Source: Bolinopsis microptera (taxonomy: Eukaryota). From it: a stretch of 64,000 nt of DNA. The DNA lies in contig NC_087080.1 of NCBI RefSeq assembly GCF_026151205.1, positions 4,810,797-4,874,796 of the forward strand, read 5' to 3'. This document shows, one piece after another, positions 35,290 to 48,034 of the stretch. The translations under genes were made by a program, and so were the position numbers. The notes beneath the pieces were generated by a model, which did not search any database, was not told where the DNA came from, and saw only the letters and a program-made list of their open reading frames with translations. Within the stretch, counting starts at the first letter, position 1. Every line of letters begins with the position of its first letter.

Positions 35290-35760
35290 ATTATTTTTCT
35301 ATGAATAGATCGGATTAGTAGAGTTCGATCTTAATTTGAGGTCTTATAGCATTATGCATTGGCCAGCATTTGAGTGGAAATCTGGGCTCTTATAGTGGGC
35401 TATAAATTTTTCTTTCACAGAGAGAATCGAATGGATTGCTCTTGCTGTGGCAGTAAATTTTGTATGGTCTAGAGTTTTATCGGATAACAAACCGGCTAGG
35501 TTAGTAATATTTTTGGGATGGAAGTTATATTTTTCTCTAACTGAGGAGTAGAGTAAACAGTCAGTTAAAACATGAATTTCTTCCTCAATAGGCTTAACCC
35601 CCTTGCTGAAAAAGCAGAAAGTGCACCATCGATGTTCTTTTGGTACTAGGGGGGTTTCGTAACGGCCCCTCTCAATGTAAAGGTTGTGGCAGCTAGGTTG
35701 TGTTAAGCTTTTCCGAGCATCAGGGATCTTAAACACTGCTGAGTATGTTTCTGGTTCAAA
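35290..35760 (-). mobile_element. 3' end of a CR1/L2-like LINE (minus strand), severely 5'-truncated
   Basis: ORF 35344-35736(-) has the LINE ORF2 C-terminal tail pattern (CHNLYIERGRY...RWCTFC...EEEIHVLTDC). The element is followed in the 3' direction by a hairpin and a tandem-repeat tail. Confidence 0.65.
35344..35736 (-). CDS. LINE ORF2 C-terminal tail (Cys/His-rich)
   Basis: See the mobile-element entry. Confidence 0.6.
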   Translation of the reverse strand: MFKIPDARKSLTQPSCHNLYIERGRYETPLVPKEHRWCTFCFFSKGVKPIEEEIHVLTDCLLYSSVREKYNFHPKNITNLAGLLSDKTLDHTKFTATARAIHSILSVKEKFIAHYKSPDFHSNAGQCIML

Positions 35761-36805
35761 GTCATGTTTAATTTGATTATAGAATTCTAATTTAGATTTT
35801 GAAAAAATATTTACAATTTAAAAAAATATTTACAATAAATTATCTGAAACAAATTTACAACAACAAAAAAACAACAATTATTCAGGAAACCTCAAAGCTC
35901 GTCGTTTGGGAGATTAAACTTAAATTGTGTTTTGATGCAACGTTTGACCTGACTCTTAGCTTCTTTTTATTTGTTGTTAATTTTCTGACTATGGATTAGA
36001 CTCAATATGTGGTATAGAAGTGTAATTTTTTTTGATAATTCCATACTCATATTTGTCCAAAAATTCTGAACTGATATAGAAGTGCATAGTTATGATATTT
36101 TCATACTAAATCTCACTAAATAGACTTGCACGTACATTTTCGGTGGTAATATTTTAATGTCGATGTTATGATTTGTTCATTATATTATCAGTGACCAAAT
36201 TGTATTCACTGTTCAAATTATTCGACTTTTTTAAGTATAAACACTTTTTAGGGGTTTATTTTCAGATCTATCATGCTATTTCATACTAAATTGCTCATCG
36301 CAGCATTACCTATGATGATTATATTTTCATCATCAGCATGTTCAAATTGACACAAACAATATTTTTCTAACTGTTTGGTTCGACAATACACAGTCAGCTT
36401 AATCCAGGTAGCGGTAGAATGACAGTATTTTGTCACCCACTCGACATGATGGAAATGAAGTTCTGGAGAACAAATCTTTATAGGAGCTAACATTTCTAGA
36501 ACTGTTATAAATGCTTTGTGACTTTTAGAAAGGAGAATGGCCCTAAACAAAGTGGGATTTTTAGTACAACAACGATTTTATTTGATACCCACAATCAATA
36601 TGTCATATTAAGTTCAAATATTCATAGTCAGTATTACCATTTCACCGAAGTGGTTTTATGTACACCCAATAAGTTGCAAAAAAACTCCTTAGCGCTAAAC
36701 TTTTTCTTTTATAAGTAACCAGTTTTGTGTTTGTCATCTACTTTTGAATGTAAAGTGATATATAAGTTTTAAAATATTTAACTAGATCAATGAAGTAAAA
36801 GAAGT

Positions 36806-36857
36806 ATGAGGGCTCCCAAACTTGTTTTTTTACTTCTTGCGATTTTCTACTCATCAG
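36806..36857 (+). CDS. Exon 1 of the ECM gene: start codon and signal peptide (MRAPKLVFLLLAIFYSS), ends phase 1
   Basis: The upstream ATG is followed by a stop. Hydrophobic leader; donor gtaagt at 36858. Confidence 0.6.
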
Positions 36858-37124
36858 GTAAGTTCCATCCAGATGCTGATAATTGGTGGAAAATGACTGT
36901 ACGAAAAAAATTGAAATCCTGAAAAATCTCTGTGCACAACTGCATCAATATCTTATTCTACTGGTCAATTTCTACTAATGAGCACACAGACTTATGTCAA
37001 GACTGTGAAATTTGTTAAATATTCATATGCCTCTTGATTAAACCATGCAATACTGCCATTAAATTTCTAATTTGAAAACAATACAGACCTACGATTATTT
37101 AAATATAATAATGAATTTTTAAAG

Positions 37125-37253
37125 ACGCGTTCTGTGGGCTGGACAAATTCGAATGTAGTGATGATAAAAGTTGCAAGGGAAGAGAAGTGCAGTGTGATGG
37201 ACATAATGACTGTGAAGATGGTAGTGATGAAGCAGAATGTACACAAATACAGC
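37125..37253 (+). CDS. Exon 2: LDL-receptor class A repeat
   Basis: DAFCGLDKFECSDDKSCKGREVQCDGHNDCEDGSDEAECTQIQ; acceptor ttttaaag, donor gtaagt. Confidence 0.7.
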
Positions 37254-37411
37254 GTAAGTTTTTTTCACGTTTAGCTTTCATGTTACTTTTTCTGTCAAAT
37301 TATTAATTTGGATATCGAACAATTCTTGGAATTTCTTTGAAATTTGCAAGAAAATACAAATGTAAAAACATTCCAAAAATGTTGGTACATTTATATACAT
37401 TTTTTTTACAG

Positions 37412-37552
37412 AATGTGAGGTTGAGAAACTATCGTGTGAAGCTACTGTTAATAATGAGGTGATAAATAAATGTTACGATACAAAAAATGACATTTGCAAA
37501 GCTGGTGGCTTCAATGCTCTGTGTGACAATCACGAGGACGTACAGCACTGTC
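37412..37552 (+). CDS. Exon 3: six-Cys module (LDLa-like)
   Basis: QCEVEKLSCEATVNNEVINKCYDTKNDICKAGGFNALCDNHEDVQHC; stays in phase with exon 2. Confidence 0.6.
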
Positions 37553-37683
37553 GTAAGTTGAAACACATCACATGGATTTATATTTGATGTGATAAGTGGC
37601 ACAACGTATGTCAGCCTGCTAATATTATTCTAAGATTGAATCAATCTTTCTTAAAAATCGTATCTAAGAACTAAACCACTTAG

Positions 37684-37797
37684 GTTGCAACCCTAATGAA
37701 GGACAAGACAAGCCGATACGATGCCCTACAACTGGTAAATGTGTCAAAGGAAACACACTAGCGGATTTTTGTGCTCAATGTCCGGATTCTGTTACAT
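37684..37797 (+). CDS. Exon 4: Cys-rich module
   Basis: RCNPNEGQDKPIRCPTTGKCVKGNTLADFCAQCPDSVT; donor gtaagt. Confidence 0.55.
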
Positions 37798-38116
37798 GTA
37801 AGTAAATCGTAAAAAGACACTGCCATGTCATTGTTAATTGTTTTCGAAAGATTGGGGCATTTATCTGACAGGTTAATTAGACAAATTTCAGCTTTTCACA
37901 AATTACAAAACGTTATGAAAGTTGCCAAAATGTGTGCTAATATAGCTGTTTGACACACAGAAATTTCCAGCGGTCATTAGTTGACTTAAAATGATTAAGA
38001 TGGTTGTCGGTGATAATGATCTTTGGATTCTTAAAATGGCTATTCACATCCATATTCATATATTATTGTTATGATATCATAATGATTGAAACAACTATTT
38101 CCCAATTTATTTCCAG

Positions 38117-38298
38117 GTATGTCGAAGGCTGACGCTGCTATTCAGAAAGATTGTAGTAGATACAAAATAGACGGTTACTTCCAATGTATACCCACTGCAG
38201 AGTTTATAGGTAGTGAATCATTCGATAAAGTATGTCTTCCTGAAGCCGCTCAATGTGACTCATTTATACAGTGCCAAGGCTCCTCGGATACCCCCGCA
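38117..38298 (+). CDS. Exon 5: LDLa-like module
   Basis: CMSKADAAIQKDCSRYKIDGYFQCIPTAEFIGSESFDKVCLPEAAQCDSFIQCQGSSDTPA; donor gtgagt. Confidence 0.6.
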
Positions 38299-38554
38299 GT
38301 GAGTTAGCTACTAGTTTAAGTAACATGGTATATTGTGAATCAGTATTCTTGTGACTATATTTTGCACTTGTTTATTAAAATCATGAATGAGTGAATGGGA
38401 AATAAAAAACCATTATTAAAACGGAAATACTGGTACTGATAATTCTTATGGTTGATAGTTAACCAGGGGTTTAGGAAGAGGGGGGGGGGGCAGGGAGGCA
38501 CCCCTGTAGTTAACTGATAATATCACTTAGTTATGTGTAGAAGCTACAATAAAG

Positions 38555-38641
38555 CTAGAAAGCTCTTCCTCGCCCGCTGGAGTATACATTGGAGACGATG
38601 TTGTCAATGCATATGAAGTAAAGGGGAAACCTGAGCCGACC
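38555..38641 (+). CDS. Exon 6: start of the Ig-like region. The acceptor is uncertain; the alternative start is 38531.
   Basis: ...SSSSPAGVYIGDDVVNAYEVKGKPEPT; donor gtgagt. Confidence 0.45.
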
Positions 38642-39049
38642 GTGAGTATGAGAGTCACAAAAAGTTATACAAGTCATAAAGTATGAATTTCTTTGCTGAA
38701 GAAATGTGTCATTAAATCATTACGATATTTACGATAAGTAACAATAATTGTCAATACATTTCCCGATTTCTTCCATCTGGCAAGTGAAATATTAACACCC
38801 ATTTATTTCAGTTTAAAATTTACCATTACAACAAGGAGATACTTTTAAGCAGTGATAACACATACTCATACGAAGGAACTGAGATTAGCGTTAAGAAAGA
38901 GCAAAAAAGTCTTGAATTATACAAATACGAGGTTACCTTACGGCACAATGATATTGATTTACTCATTTATCGTTGGTAGTTTGCAACAATGTATGACACC
39001 ATTATCATTTGCATGTTGTGAGATAACATTGCAAATTTAATAATTTTCA

Positions 39050-39137
39050 GGTCACTATAAAAAATATCAATGAATATTTCTATGGAACATATGACGCCAT
39101 TGCTTGGAATGTAAACAACGAACCTGTTGACCTCGGA
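39050..39137 (+). CDS. Exon 7: Ig-like
   Basis: VTIKNINEYFYGTYDAIAWNVNNEPVDLG; donor gtaaga. Confidence 0.55.
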
Positions 39138-39322
39138 GGTAAGATGATCCTAAACGATATGAAACTTTAACAGCTGTCGTAAATTTGCGAGGTCAATGAA
39201 ATATCATATGATTTTTTATCGCGCTAATTATACAATACACTTCAATATATTTGAATAGAAACGATTGTTTATAATATCAAGTTGTGTGTAAAAATATGTA
39301 TCGACAACTGCGGTAATTTCAG

Positions 39323-39385
39323 ATGGCAACGACGGGTCTTACCACAGGAGAGTTGTTGCGGAACAAGTAAATGTTAAATTCGAGG
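39323..39385 (+). CDS. Exon 8
   Basis: DGNDGSYHRRVVAEQVNVKFE; donor gtatgt. Confidence 0.5.
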
Positions 39386-39900
39386 GTATGTATGCGTTTT
39401 CATTTTTCTCATTTTTATAAACAAAATAAGAAAGGAATGGTGATACAACTGTGAAGCTCTTTTTCAACAAATAAAACACATATTTACATGCTTCTACAAC
39501 ATTCTTATACATTTTTTAATCAATAAACTTTCAAATTGTTACACAAATACATCATTTTATTTCAAAGAAAATTCGCCGAATGACCTTACATGCCTTGACA
39601 AGTGACCGAGTGTAAACAAAATAAGGGACACCGAAACACCAGTTGACCAGTAAACTGGTCATAGCAATTACATTGGGCCCTATATGCACCTATTAGTGAA
39701 GCGGTACTGCAACCAAGGCATGCTAAGTTTATTCCATTCGACTAATAAGGTTACAGCCTAAAATATAGAAAATAATACGATTAAAAACTGTTTCATAAAG
39801 AAAAAAAATTGACTTGGTTTATCTTTTATTATTTTAGATATACAAGTTTTATATCTAAAACTAATCAAATAAAATGACTAATTAATCCTAATCGAGTCAG

Positions 39901-40036
39901 GTGTACCAACTGTGAAGATGTTCGGACCGGACGACGAAGAGTTGAATGGTGATATTGACTACACCTGGGAAACCGATGTATCTCTCAGTCTGAAATGTGT
40001 TGCTACAGGCAAACCTGAACCTGATATTTATTTCAT
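39901..40036 (+). CDS. Exon 9: Ig I-set N-half
   Basis: GVPTVKMFGPDDEELNGDIDYTWETDVSLSLKCVATGKPEPDIYF; donor gtcagt. Confidence 0.6.
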
Positions 40037-40245
40037 GTCAGTTTAACTTCTGTTAAGTTTATCCCCAAGCTAAAGCCTACAATTCAACTTATCTCAGTTA
40101 AATTTCCAAAGTTTAAATCAGTTCAAGGGCTTCCAAATTGCTTAATCTGAAATTTTATTGATAACCGTAATATATAAACGATACTACAGCAACATTGAAC
40201 AACCTTTGTTGAAATGTTATTCTCGTGCTTTACCACCTTACTCAG

Positions 40246-40368
40246 GCTGGACGGGGAAAGTTTGTACATTAATGACGACACAATGGAGGTTCAAACGGAA
40301 GAGTACAATGAGGTTGACATGTTAAAAGTGGTTACTCTGGTTTTGAAATCTGGCGATATCGTGAACAC
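40246..40368 (+). CDS. Exon 10: Ig middle
   Basis: MLDGESLYINDDTMEVQTEEYNEVDMLKVVTLVLKSGDIVN; donor gttagt. Confidence 0.55.
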
Positions 40369-40633
40369 GTTAGTATTGAACTATTCTTTGTGAACAGTTC
40401 TTGTAGCTTTGACAGCGTTTATTTATAAACGCTGCAGGTTATTTATAAATAACCTGCACCCAACACTATAAATCCTATTTAGAACTTAGTCTGCTTCAGC
40501 TACCCCTTTATCTCTTATGAAACTCATAAGTTTACCAACTCCATATCGAGTTCAACAACTCTCATATTTCTATTGAAAGTTTCGAACACTAAGTCCCACC
40601 AGCAATCAGTATCTGAATGTAAACATTTCTTAG

Positions 40634-40707
40634 ACCCGGGAGATACAGTTGTGGTGCAAACAGTGTCATCGGCGAAGTTGTCTCAGTTGGAGGAGTCAAA
40701 GTTGAGC
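40634..40707 (+). CDS. Exon 11: Ig C-half with Y.C.A.N motif
   Basis: TPGRYSCGANSVIGEVVSVGGVKVE; donor gtaagt. Confidence 0.6.
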
Positions 40708-40930
40708 GTAAGTCATTCAGGAACAATAAATTACACAAAAGCAGAAGTAACCAACAATCAACATAGTTGATTTTGTAGGATTCTCAGTTTGCGCGGCTCT
40801 GATTTACGGAGTTTCTGAAATTCCGGGTTGCTGGTGTTCTTTACATTACCAGCTATTATACTGCCTCCAGTCAGTGAAGTATCATGATTTCATAGCTTCG
40901 CCACATCAAGGAACAGCACACATATTTCAG

Positions 40931-41045
40931 TGATAATTCCTCCCGTAATCACGGAGTTCACCGGCATGGAAAACGGGTTCTTCTTCTACAGAAATGATGA
41001 AGAAGTTCAGATCTCATGTATTAGTGAAGGATTCCCACTCATGTG
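40931..41045 (+). CDS. Exon 12: Ig N-half
   Basis: LIIPPVITEFTGMENGFFFYRNDEEVQISCISEGFPLM(W); donor gtatga. The phase matches the analogous exon 9. Confidence 0.55.
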
Positions 41046-41174
41046 GTATGAAAAGCAAAGTATTGTAGATAGATATTTGTTGGTCGTTAAAATCATTTTT
41101 TTAAATGCCCAAAATGGCGGAGAATTGTAAAGGAGCGTCTCACAAACCCGTCCCCAGTTCAGTATCTCTTACAG

Positions 41175-41256
41175 GAACGATCTGTACGTCGATAACGAGA
41201 AGATAGAAGGCGCAGATGTGGAGGTCAAGAGATTAGACGCGGGTGCTACCTTATCG
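41175..41256 (+). CDS. Exon 13: Ig middle
   Basis: WNDLYVDNEKIEGADVEVKRLDAGATLS; donor gtagga. Confidence 0.5.
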
Positions 41257-41427
41257 GTAGGAATGTAGGAATTATGTTTTTTAAATGAGATCCTTGAAGA
41301 GTGAAGATGGTTTCATGCTGAAATCTTTTAAAATGGGTGTCGCACCTAAGAATTAAATATAAAGATAGATAAAACATAAATCGATTATTATCATACTTTG
41401 CCAAAAAGTTTTAATAACCTCATTCAG

Positions 41428-41539
41428 TACACTTACAAAAGCGACCAAAACGGTAAAATCAAGTGTATCGCTAAGAACAGCCCAGAATCAGCAGACAACA
41501 AAGAAACTGATGAAGAAGAAGTGGACATGTACCCAGTCT
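41428..41539 (+). CDS. Exon 14: Ig C-half
   Basis: YTYKSDQNGKIKCIAKNSPESADNKETDEEEVDMYPV; donor gtgagt. Confidence 0.6.
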
Positions 41540-41934
41540 GTGAGTTTGACATGTACCCAGTCTGTGACTTTGAGATGTACTGTACAATAACAGTCTTTTG
41601 TGCCGGTTACCAGTGATTATCAGTTTTGTTCTACTACTTTGTGTTGACTACTGCGTTGATAAGAGGGTATAGGAAATATTCGTATAACGTAGTTCGAGCC
41701 TGAGCATATACCCATAAGCGGGAAAAAAGCAATGTTGTGTTTAAAAGTAATCCAGGTTAACTGGCTTCGACAACTTGGCTTTTTCGCTACAGTCACATCT
41801 TTAAGATGTACTTTTGGCAGATCCAAAAAAACTGATACCAAATATTATCAATATGATCAAGATTAAATTACTTTACATTTTACTACAATTATCTGGTGAA
41901 TCTACCATTATTTTACCCCTATTCCACTTTTCAG

Positions 41935-42058
41935 TCCTGCCAACCATCGCGGTGGAACAGGAATCCTTCATTTTAACTGCTGGAGATAATTTCAAGACCA
42001 CAATCAAAGTAGAGTTCACCGCAGATCTTAAGTTGATTGCCGACCAACTAACAGCGGA
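41935..42058 (+). CDS. Exon 15
   Basis: FLPTIAVEQESFILTAGDNFKTTIKVEFTADLKLIADQLTA; donor gtaaga. Confidence 0.5.
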
Positions 42059-42290
42059 GTAAGACAAAGACATATTTTGAAAATTCAGAAAATCAGAAAA
42101 TCTCATGACCCGTAAAATCATGATTTCAATCTGTATTAAAATTTCAAATCGATCTAAGTTTTTTTCATAGATTTAACCGAGAGTCCCCTTGTACCAAATA
42201 TTATTAAGATAGCAGTCCCACAAAACATAGAGGTGAAATTAGCATACAATGTTGGTTAATTAACAATATCTTATAGAAGTAATGTTTCAG

Positions 42291-42368
42291 AGTGGTATAC
42301 GCAGACGGTAGTGCAGTAAGTGAAGCCTGGACACTGGTTAAAAAGGACGACACCGAAGGAAACATTGT
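42291..42368 (+). CDS. Exon 16
   Basis: EVVYADGSAVSEAWTLVKKDDTEGNIV; donor gtaagt. Confidence 0.5.
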
Positions 42369-42647
42369 GTAAGTCTCGCTGGTTTCAGCTATTTCAGCTG
42401 TTTTAGCTGATGCTATCAGTGGGGTTCTAGTCAGTTACCGTTGGGATTTCTGAGAGAGCTTGACATGTGGTGGGATTGAAATTGAACATATTATTGGTCG
42501 TTATTGAGATACAAATAAGCTTCTTCCCAATCATTTGATGATATCTTGTGTTTGTGAACATCGGGAATTTAAACTTCTTATGAATTGCAATCAGTTAAGA
42601 CTGTCAGATTATTTGTATAACAAATAATGACTAATAATGCATCACAG

Positions 42648-42763
42648 GGAGTTTGACTTATCGGCAGCTGATGTAGTTGGTATCCCTAATATCGGGGATT
42701 TCAAAGTGATGGCTAGTGATACTTTTTACAATGCCGAGACGGGAATAACTATTGATGTTCTAG
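42648..42763 (+). CDS. Exon 17
   Basis: VEFDLSAADVVGIPNIGDFKVMASDTFYNAETGITIDVL; donor gtaaaa. Confidence 0.5.
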
Positions 42764-42990
42764 GTAAAATTGAGGTTCTATTTTCAGATAAACTTAAGTC
42801 TCTTATGTCTATCCGATTATTTTACTTGGCTTGACTGTTGAAATTGTGTGTGGATACTGGATAGTGGATACCGAAAGTGCTTTAGATGTAAACTATGTCT
42901 ATCTCGGCAATTTTAACTTTTTAATGTCCTAACGGGTTCATTGCAGCTGGAACATTTTAAAACTACAAATATAATCCTTCATCCTCTCAG

Positions 42991-43135
42991 TACCAATGTC
43001 ATTTATCAAACCTATTGGAGATAACTTGAAGTTGAACAAAGGTCAAGAACTGACTTTAGAAGTACAAGTAATCGCTAAGCCTGTTCCTGTGAGCTTTGCT
43101 TGGACACTTAATGAAACTGAGCTTGTGGATGATGC
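42991..43135 (+). CDS. Exon 18: Ig-like N-half
   Basis: VPMSFIKPIGDNLKLNKGQELTLEVQVIAKPVPVSFAWTLNETELVDDA; donor gtaagt. Confidence 0.55.
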
Positions 43136-43567
43136 GTAAGTTTAATCCGTAATTAATATTAACGTTGACTTGAATTTTATTGAAAACAAAATTGAACATG
43201 TAATATTCATATTACATGCTCTTATAACAGATCCAGGTAAGGGTTAGGGAAAGCGGTAAGGATTCGGTCCACTATTATAATTGCTGGGCCCAATATCTCT
43301 TAACTTCTCATTTAAGTCTCCGTCACGGTTACCTGTTTATTTAAAGCTTGAACTCTGAGCGTTTTGATCACGTGACTAGTTGTGTGCCACTGGACCACCG
43401 TCCACCACACTTCTCAATATTTAGGTTGGGGTTAGGAGAGTCTGAATGAGGCGATTTTTAGCATCGTTTAAATTCTTAATCCCTTTTTTGTATTCAGACC
43501 ATTTACCTCTATACATACGAAAGTTTATTCAAATAACCTCTGAAGAGCTATAATCCATTTATTTCAG

Positions 43568-43731
43568 GGCCACTATATTCATTGAGGAATCTTTCGACGC
43601 CACAACCTACATCACAACGTACACTCTGAGACTTGTAGATCTAAAAGAGGAACAAACAGGAACCATCTCTGTTGGAATAACTCGAGGAGACGACGAAACT
43701 CTGTCCGGGTCTATGGAGCTAGAAGTGCTAG
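43568..43731 (+). CDS. Exon 19: Ig-like C-half
   Basis: AATIFIEESFDATTYITTYTLRLVDLKEEQTGTISVGITRGDDETLSGSMELEVL; donor gtaata. Confidence 0.55.
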
Positions 43732-43869
43732 GTAATATTTCCGGGCACCTCTGGTGTAACCAGTATAAGTTGTGCAGCTTGTGATACGACTAGCTAACTT
43801 CTTAGCCTCCTTGTATTGAGTATATGTACAGGATATAGGGGGAACCAGGATCAAGCTGCATTTTATCAG

Positions 43870-44275
43870 CGGTTCAAGTTATTAACTCTTTAAGTTATTA
43901 AGTTATTCAAGTTATTAACTCTTTAAGTTATTAAGTTATTGAATATTGAAGTTATTAACTCTTACAGTTATTAAGTTATTCAAGTTATTAACTCTTCAAT
44001 TTATTAAGTTATTGAATATTGAACTCATTAACTCTTACAGTTATTAAGTTATTGAATATTGAAGTTATTAACTCTTTAAGTTATTAAGTTATTGAATATT
44101 GAAGTTATTAACTCTTACAGTTATTAAGTTATTGAATATTGAAGTTATTAACTCTTTAAGTTATTGAGTTATTGAATATTTAAGTTATTAACTCTTTAAG
44201 TTATTAAGTTATTGAATATTGAAGTTATTAACTCTTACAGTTATTAAGTTATTGAATAAGTAAGTTACTAACAGT
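43870..44275. repeat. Intronic minisatellite (gttattaactcttta/cagttattaagttattgaatattgaa, ~60-bp unit)
   Basis: Direct reading. Confidence 0.85.
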
Positions 44276-44303
44276 AACTCTAACTTTTATCTCTCTCCTG
44301 CAG

Positions 44304-44436
44304 CGCATCCTTGCCTGTTTTTCCCTTGCAAGAACAACGCAGAATGTCTTGAAGTAAGCAAGACAGAATACGAGTGTGAGTGTACCGACGATTTCTACAA
44401 CGGCACTAACTGTGAAATAAACAATTACTGTGCTCT
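44304..44436 (+). CDS. Exon 20: EGF-like
   Basis: AHPCLFFPCKNNAECLEVSKTEYECECTDDFYNGTNCEINNYCA; donor gtaagt. Confidence 0.65.
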
Positions 44437-44708
44437 GTAAGTGCCCCCTACTTTATTACAACTGTTAAGCTGCGTAAAATGATTCATGTTTTTATTTTTT
44501 GTAGATTGAGTAAGGTTATTATATTGTTATAATATTGTTTCCGCTGTTACGGTTAAGTTGCAGTGTGTTTCCCAATATCCTCGCCGATTCTAGTGATTCG
44601 ACAAAATGTGAAGAATTTTACCATTTGCGTGGAAATAAGATTAATCGTCAAAATTGAACAGTTTCGACCCTTTGTAAAGTTGAATGATTTATATTTCATA
44701 TATTTAAG

Positions 44709-44823
44709 CCAAGACCCGTGTGAAAATGAGTCCACCTGCGAGTCTGCCGCATGGGATGCTGAGGAGCCAATTTACACATGTCTGTGTCCGTTTGACTACG
44801 AAGGACGAAATTGTTCAGACAAG
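44709..44823 (+). CDS. Exon 21: EGF-like
   Basis: LQDPCENESTCESAAWDAEEPIYTCLCPFDYEGRNCSDK. Confidence 0.6.
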
Positions 44824-45051
44824 GTTTTTAAGTTTCTTTAATTCGTGTTTTTTAATTCGTTTTTTGATATAAACTATAATTAGTTACTTTCTTCTAGTTC
44901 TAAACATCCTGTTCAGTGATCACTGAGCAGGTTTTATAATAAGGATTCCAGTCAGCTCATACGACCATGTTTATAATTATATGTTGACTGACGGAATCTT
45001 AGATTAAATTCTGGGGACTGTGATATATTATCCTGATTAATAAAATCTCAG

Positions 45052-45219
45052 ATCAACTTCTGTGACAGAGATAAAGAAGGAAATGTGGAACTCGGAGGGA
45101 TCGCTAGGTGTGACGAGGCCTCTGGTTTCGGTAAATGTCAAGACACGGGTGTTGAACCCGATGGTTTCGACTGTTTTTGTAAGCACAATAAAGGCGGCAT
45201 GTACTGCGATATTGAACAG
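45052..45219 (+). CDS. Exon 22: EGF-like
   Basis: INFCDRDKEGNVELGGIARCDEASGFGKCQDTGVEPDGFDCFCKHNKGGMYCDIEQ; donor gtttgt. Confidence 0.6.
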
Positions 45220-46408
45220 GTTTGTTCGTGCGTTTGTTCATTTGTTAAATTTATAAAGATGTTTATAATTCCATGAATTAATTGTGGTCCATTAAAACAA
45301 AAATCAGCAATGTATCAGTTTTTGGAATTTCAGCCCACGGTTGTGCAAGAAATTTAGATGGTGCCCTTGTCATATCCATTTATTCCTTTGTAAAGTGCAA
45401 TAATAAGAAACGAGCTCCTTGGTCTGCGAAAATCCAGATTTTTCGAAAGAATTTAAAATGATCTAATACACCAAATATCTTAAATCCATTGTCACAACTA
45501 AATTTTTCTGTTACACCTCGAAAAAAGCAAACATCTCTTCGAGTTAGTCTGGCATCACATAAACGACCTAAATTTAATTTAATAGGCGCCTTTAACCAAT
45601 AACTCAAATGGCATTTGCTAGACCACGAAATCTGATGCTCTAATAAAAATCGCATGATTAGATTTACACCCGTAAAGAGCCCCCTGGATTATCGTCACCT
45701 GACAACGACACTATGCTGTCACGTGTTCTCGTGGGTGCTCTGATCACATGACAACATGGGTGCAAGGCAATCTTTTCCTCTGTCTAGGAACACCGAAAAC
45801 TTGTGGGTCCTCTTGATAACAACTCCAGGGTTGATAATGTAGTGAATTTAATTCCATGACGATTGGAACATTATTATAATCAACATGACGTTATCACATG
45901 ATATGTTGTCCCAGAACCTTATCGCTGAGGACCAATCACTGAGGACCGCGTCTTATTAACTTAAAGCGGAATAAAATGTGTGCCCGAGAAATATAATTTG
46001 CCGGGTGGCATCCCAGGTTCTTAACCCTCGACTAATGGAAGTTGGAATGTTTAACCGTGTTTTATCGCAATTCAAGAATTTAGGGACCCCATGAGTCGGT
46101 ATTACAGCATTTCATTGTAAAGAATCACATACAACAATCAACAATGACTGGGCTGGTGCAGAAATTGTCATTTCTGTGAATGAATACATTCATGGGGAGA
46201 TTTCGTAAATTTTATTCAACAAAATCCAGGTATGAACACTATGAAGTCCGTAGAGGGATTACTGAAGCTTCCAAAATGGTCCTTTTTTATTTTACTCACG
46301 ACTTTTAAAACATCATATGTAATGTTTTGAGATGCTAACTTAAGTGTGGTGGTTTTGAAATTTTGAAATTTTGAAATTTTGAAATTAAACCTAATCCTCC
46401 TTTTTCAG

Positions 46409-46522
46409 CTGTGTACTCCCAACTCCTGTGCTAACGATGCAACTTGCACCGTCCAAGGATACGGTGAGGACCGTGTCCGTGTCTGTAACTGTAACGACGG
46501 GTGGGAGGGTCATCTCTGTGAC
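46409..46522 (+). CDS. Exon 23: EGF-like
   Basis: LCTPNSCANDATCTVQGYGEDRVRVCNCNDGWEGHLCD; donor gtaagt. Confidence 0.65.
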
Positions 46523-46775
46523 GTAAGTGGGACAACTTTTATTTCTGGGACAAGATTTATTTCTCTGTTGTATTGACTGTGGTACGTCGCTATGTTTAGA
46601 AGTCAGGGGTGAAGTTACTCTTTGTTAAAAACAATTCTTTTGAAAACAGATATTATAACATTATTTAGGTATAAAAAATGATATCATTATGTTAAAAATG
46701 TTGTTAAAAACAAATGTTTTGCAAGTAGTTGTTAAAACATTATTTAGCTATTAAATATGTAAAATATAACTTCAG

Positions 46776-46884
46776 GAGAAAACAACAGGGTACTGCTGGA
46801 CAGATTGTAATGACCGTGCTTACTGTGAGGAAGAGGGGGTGTGTCTGTGTGACTACCCTTACTATGGGGACACGTGCGAACTAC
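46776..46884 (+). CDS. Exon 24: EGF-like
   Basis: EKTTGYCWTDCNDRAYCEEEGVCLCDYPYYGDTCEL; donor gtacgt. Confidence 0.55.
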
Positions 46885-47589
46885 GTACGTTAACTCTATT
46901 TCTAGAACATATACCAGCACAAGCTGCTGGTCCAGCAGCTTTATTGTTCTTTTGGAGTTACATTCTTTGGTGAACATAACCATCATGATTCATTCGTATC
47001 ATATGTTTTACAAAATTCTCGTCCCCCGAGCACCATGATGACATCATATCTCCACTCTCCAGATATAAGCGACGTTGCTGTGAACATGAGAATTGCACCC
47101 CGTGCATATCTGATGGCTGAAACCTATCCCCTAATCGCGGAGGAGCGACTACAGAAACACGTTTTACCTCTTAAGATAGAGCCGTCACCAACCGTGTCGT
47201 GCCGTATCGCTAGGATGAGCGCTGATAAGGATGCCACTGGTGATCATCTTGATTTCGGTATCTCGGTTACAGAGTCCGCTATTTCTGAGACAGAGAGTGT
47301 GACTGTTGTTGCGTTTGAAGTTACTGGTCTGATTGGAGAAGTGGCCGTGTCAGAGACTGTTGACAAGGTTATATCATTAAATTATACCTGTGTTTTAGTT
47401 ACATTTTGATTATGATATTTAAAGTATGATTGATTTTAAAAACTTTTATATTTTGAAACCAGCCTTGAAATGCAATTTCAGGTAACCTTTGAAAGGATTT
47501 ATTACTGGACCAGACCTAATGTGTATTTTTATAATGCTACGCTGATTATCTATTTATTCAATCTATTACCCAACAGGTAATGGTGGCAG

Positions 47590-47732
47590 AAATTGTGGCA
47601 ATATCCCTGATGGCTGTCGCGGATAAATACGTAGTGTTCTCAGTTGAACATGCTGGAGATGGAGGAATTGCAGCTAAAGAGATGGAACTAGCCCTGCCAG
47701 AATTAGCATTCCTGAAACTTGGTGATTTCGAG
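47590..47732 (+). CDS. Exon 25: hydrophobic segment
   Basis: QIVAISLMAVADKYVVFSVEHAGDGGIAAKEMELALPELAFLKLGDFE; acceptor gtggcag, donor gtatat. Confidence 0.45.
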
Positions 47733-48034
47733 GTATATTAGATTACATGGGTTGATGTATCAATGCTCCATTAACACATATGCCCTTCCGTTCCTATTAT
47801 AATCACGGAACACAATTGGTCAGTTTAAACTTTAAATTCACAGATGTGTTCGTAATAATTTATGTTAAACAATAACATAATGCCAGTTTCACATCATGGC
47901 AAAGGTTTCTAAAAGATTGGCAGTCTAATATATCTTTACAGATTAAACATAATATTCACCATACTGATTCCTGTAGGTTCTTTAGAGTTATATGATAAGA
48001 AATAATACACTTTTACAATAACAATGTCCGGTAG

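Noticed and set aside
40573-40770. ORF MKVSNTKSHQQ... listed in the six-frame track
   Set aside because: It is an out-of-frame reading through exon 11. The frame that chains with exons 10 and 12 gives the Ig motif YSCGANSVIGE instead.
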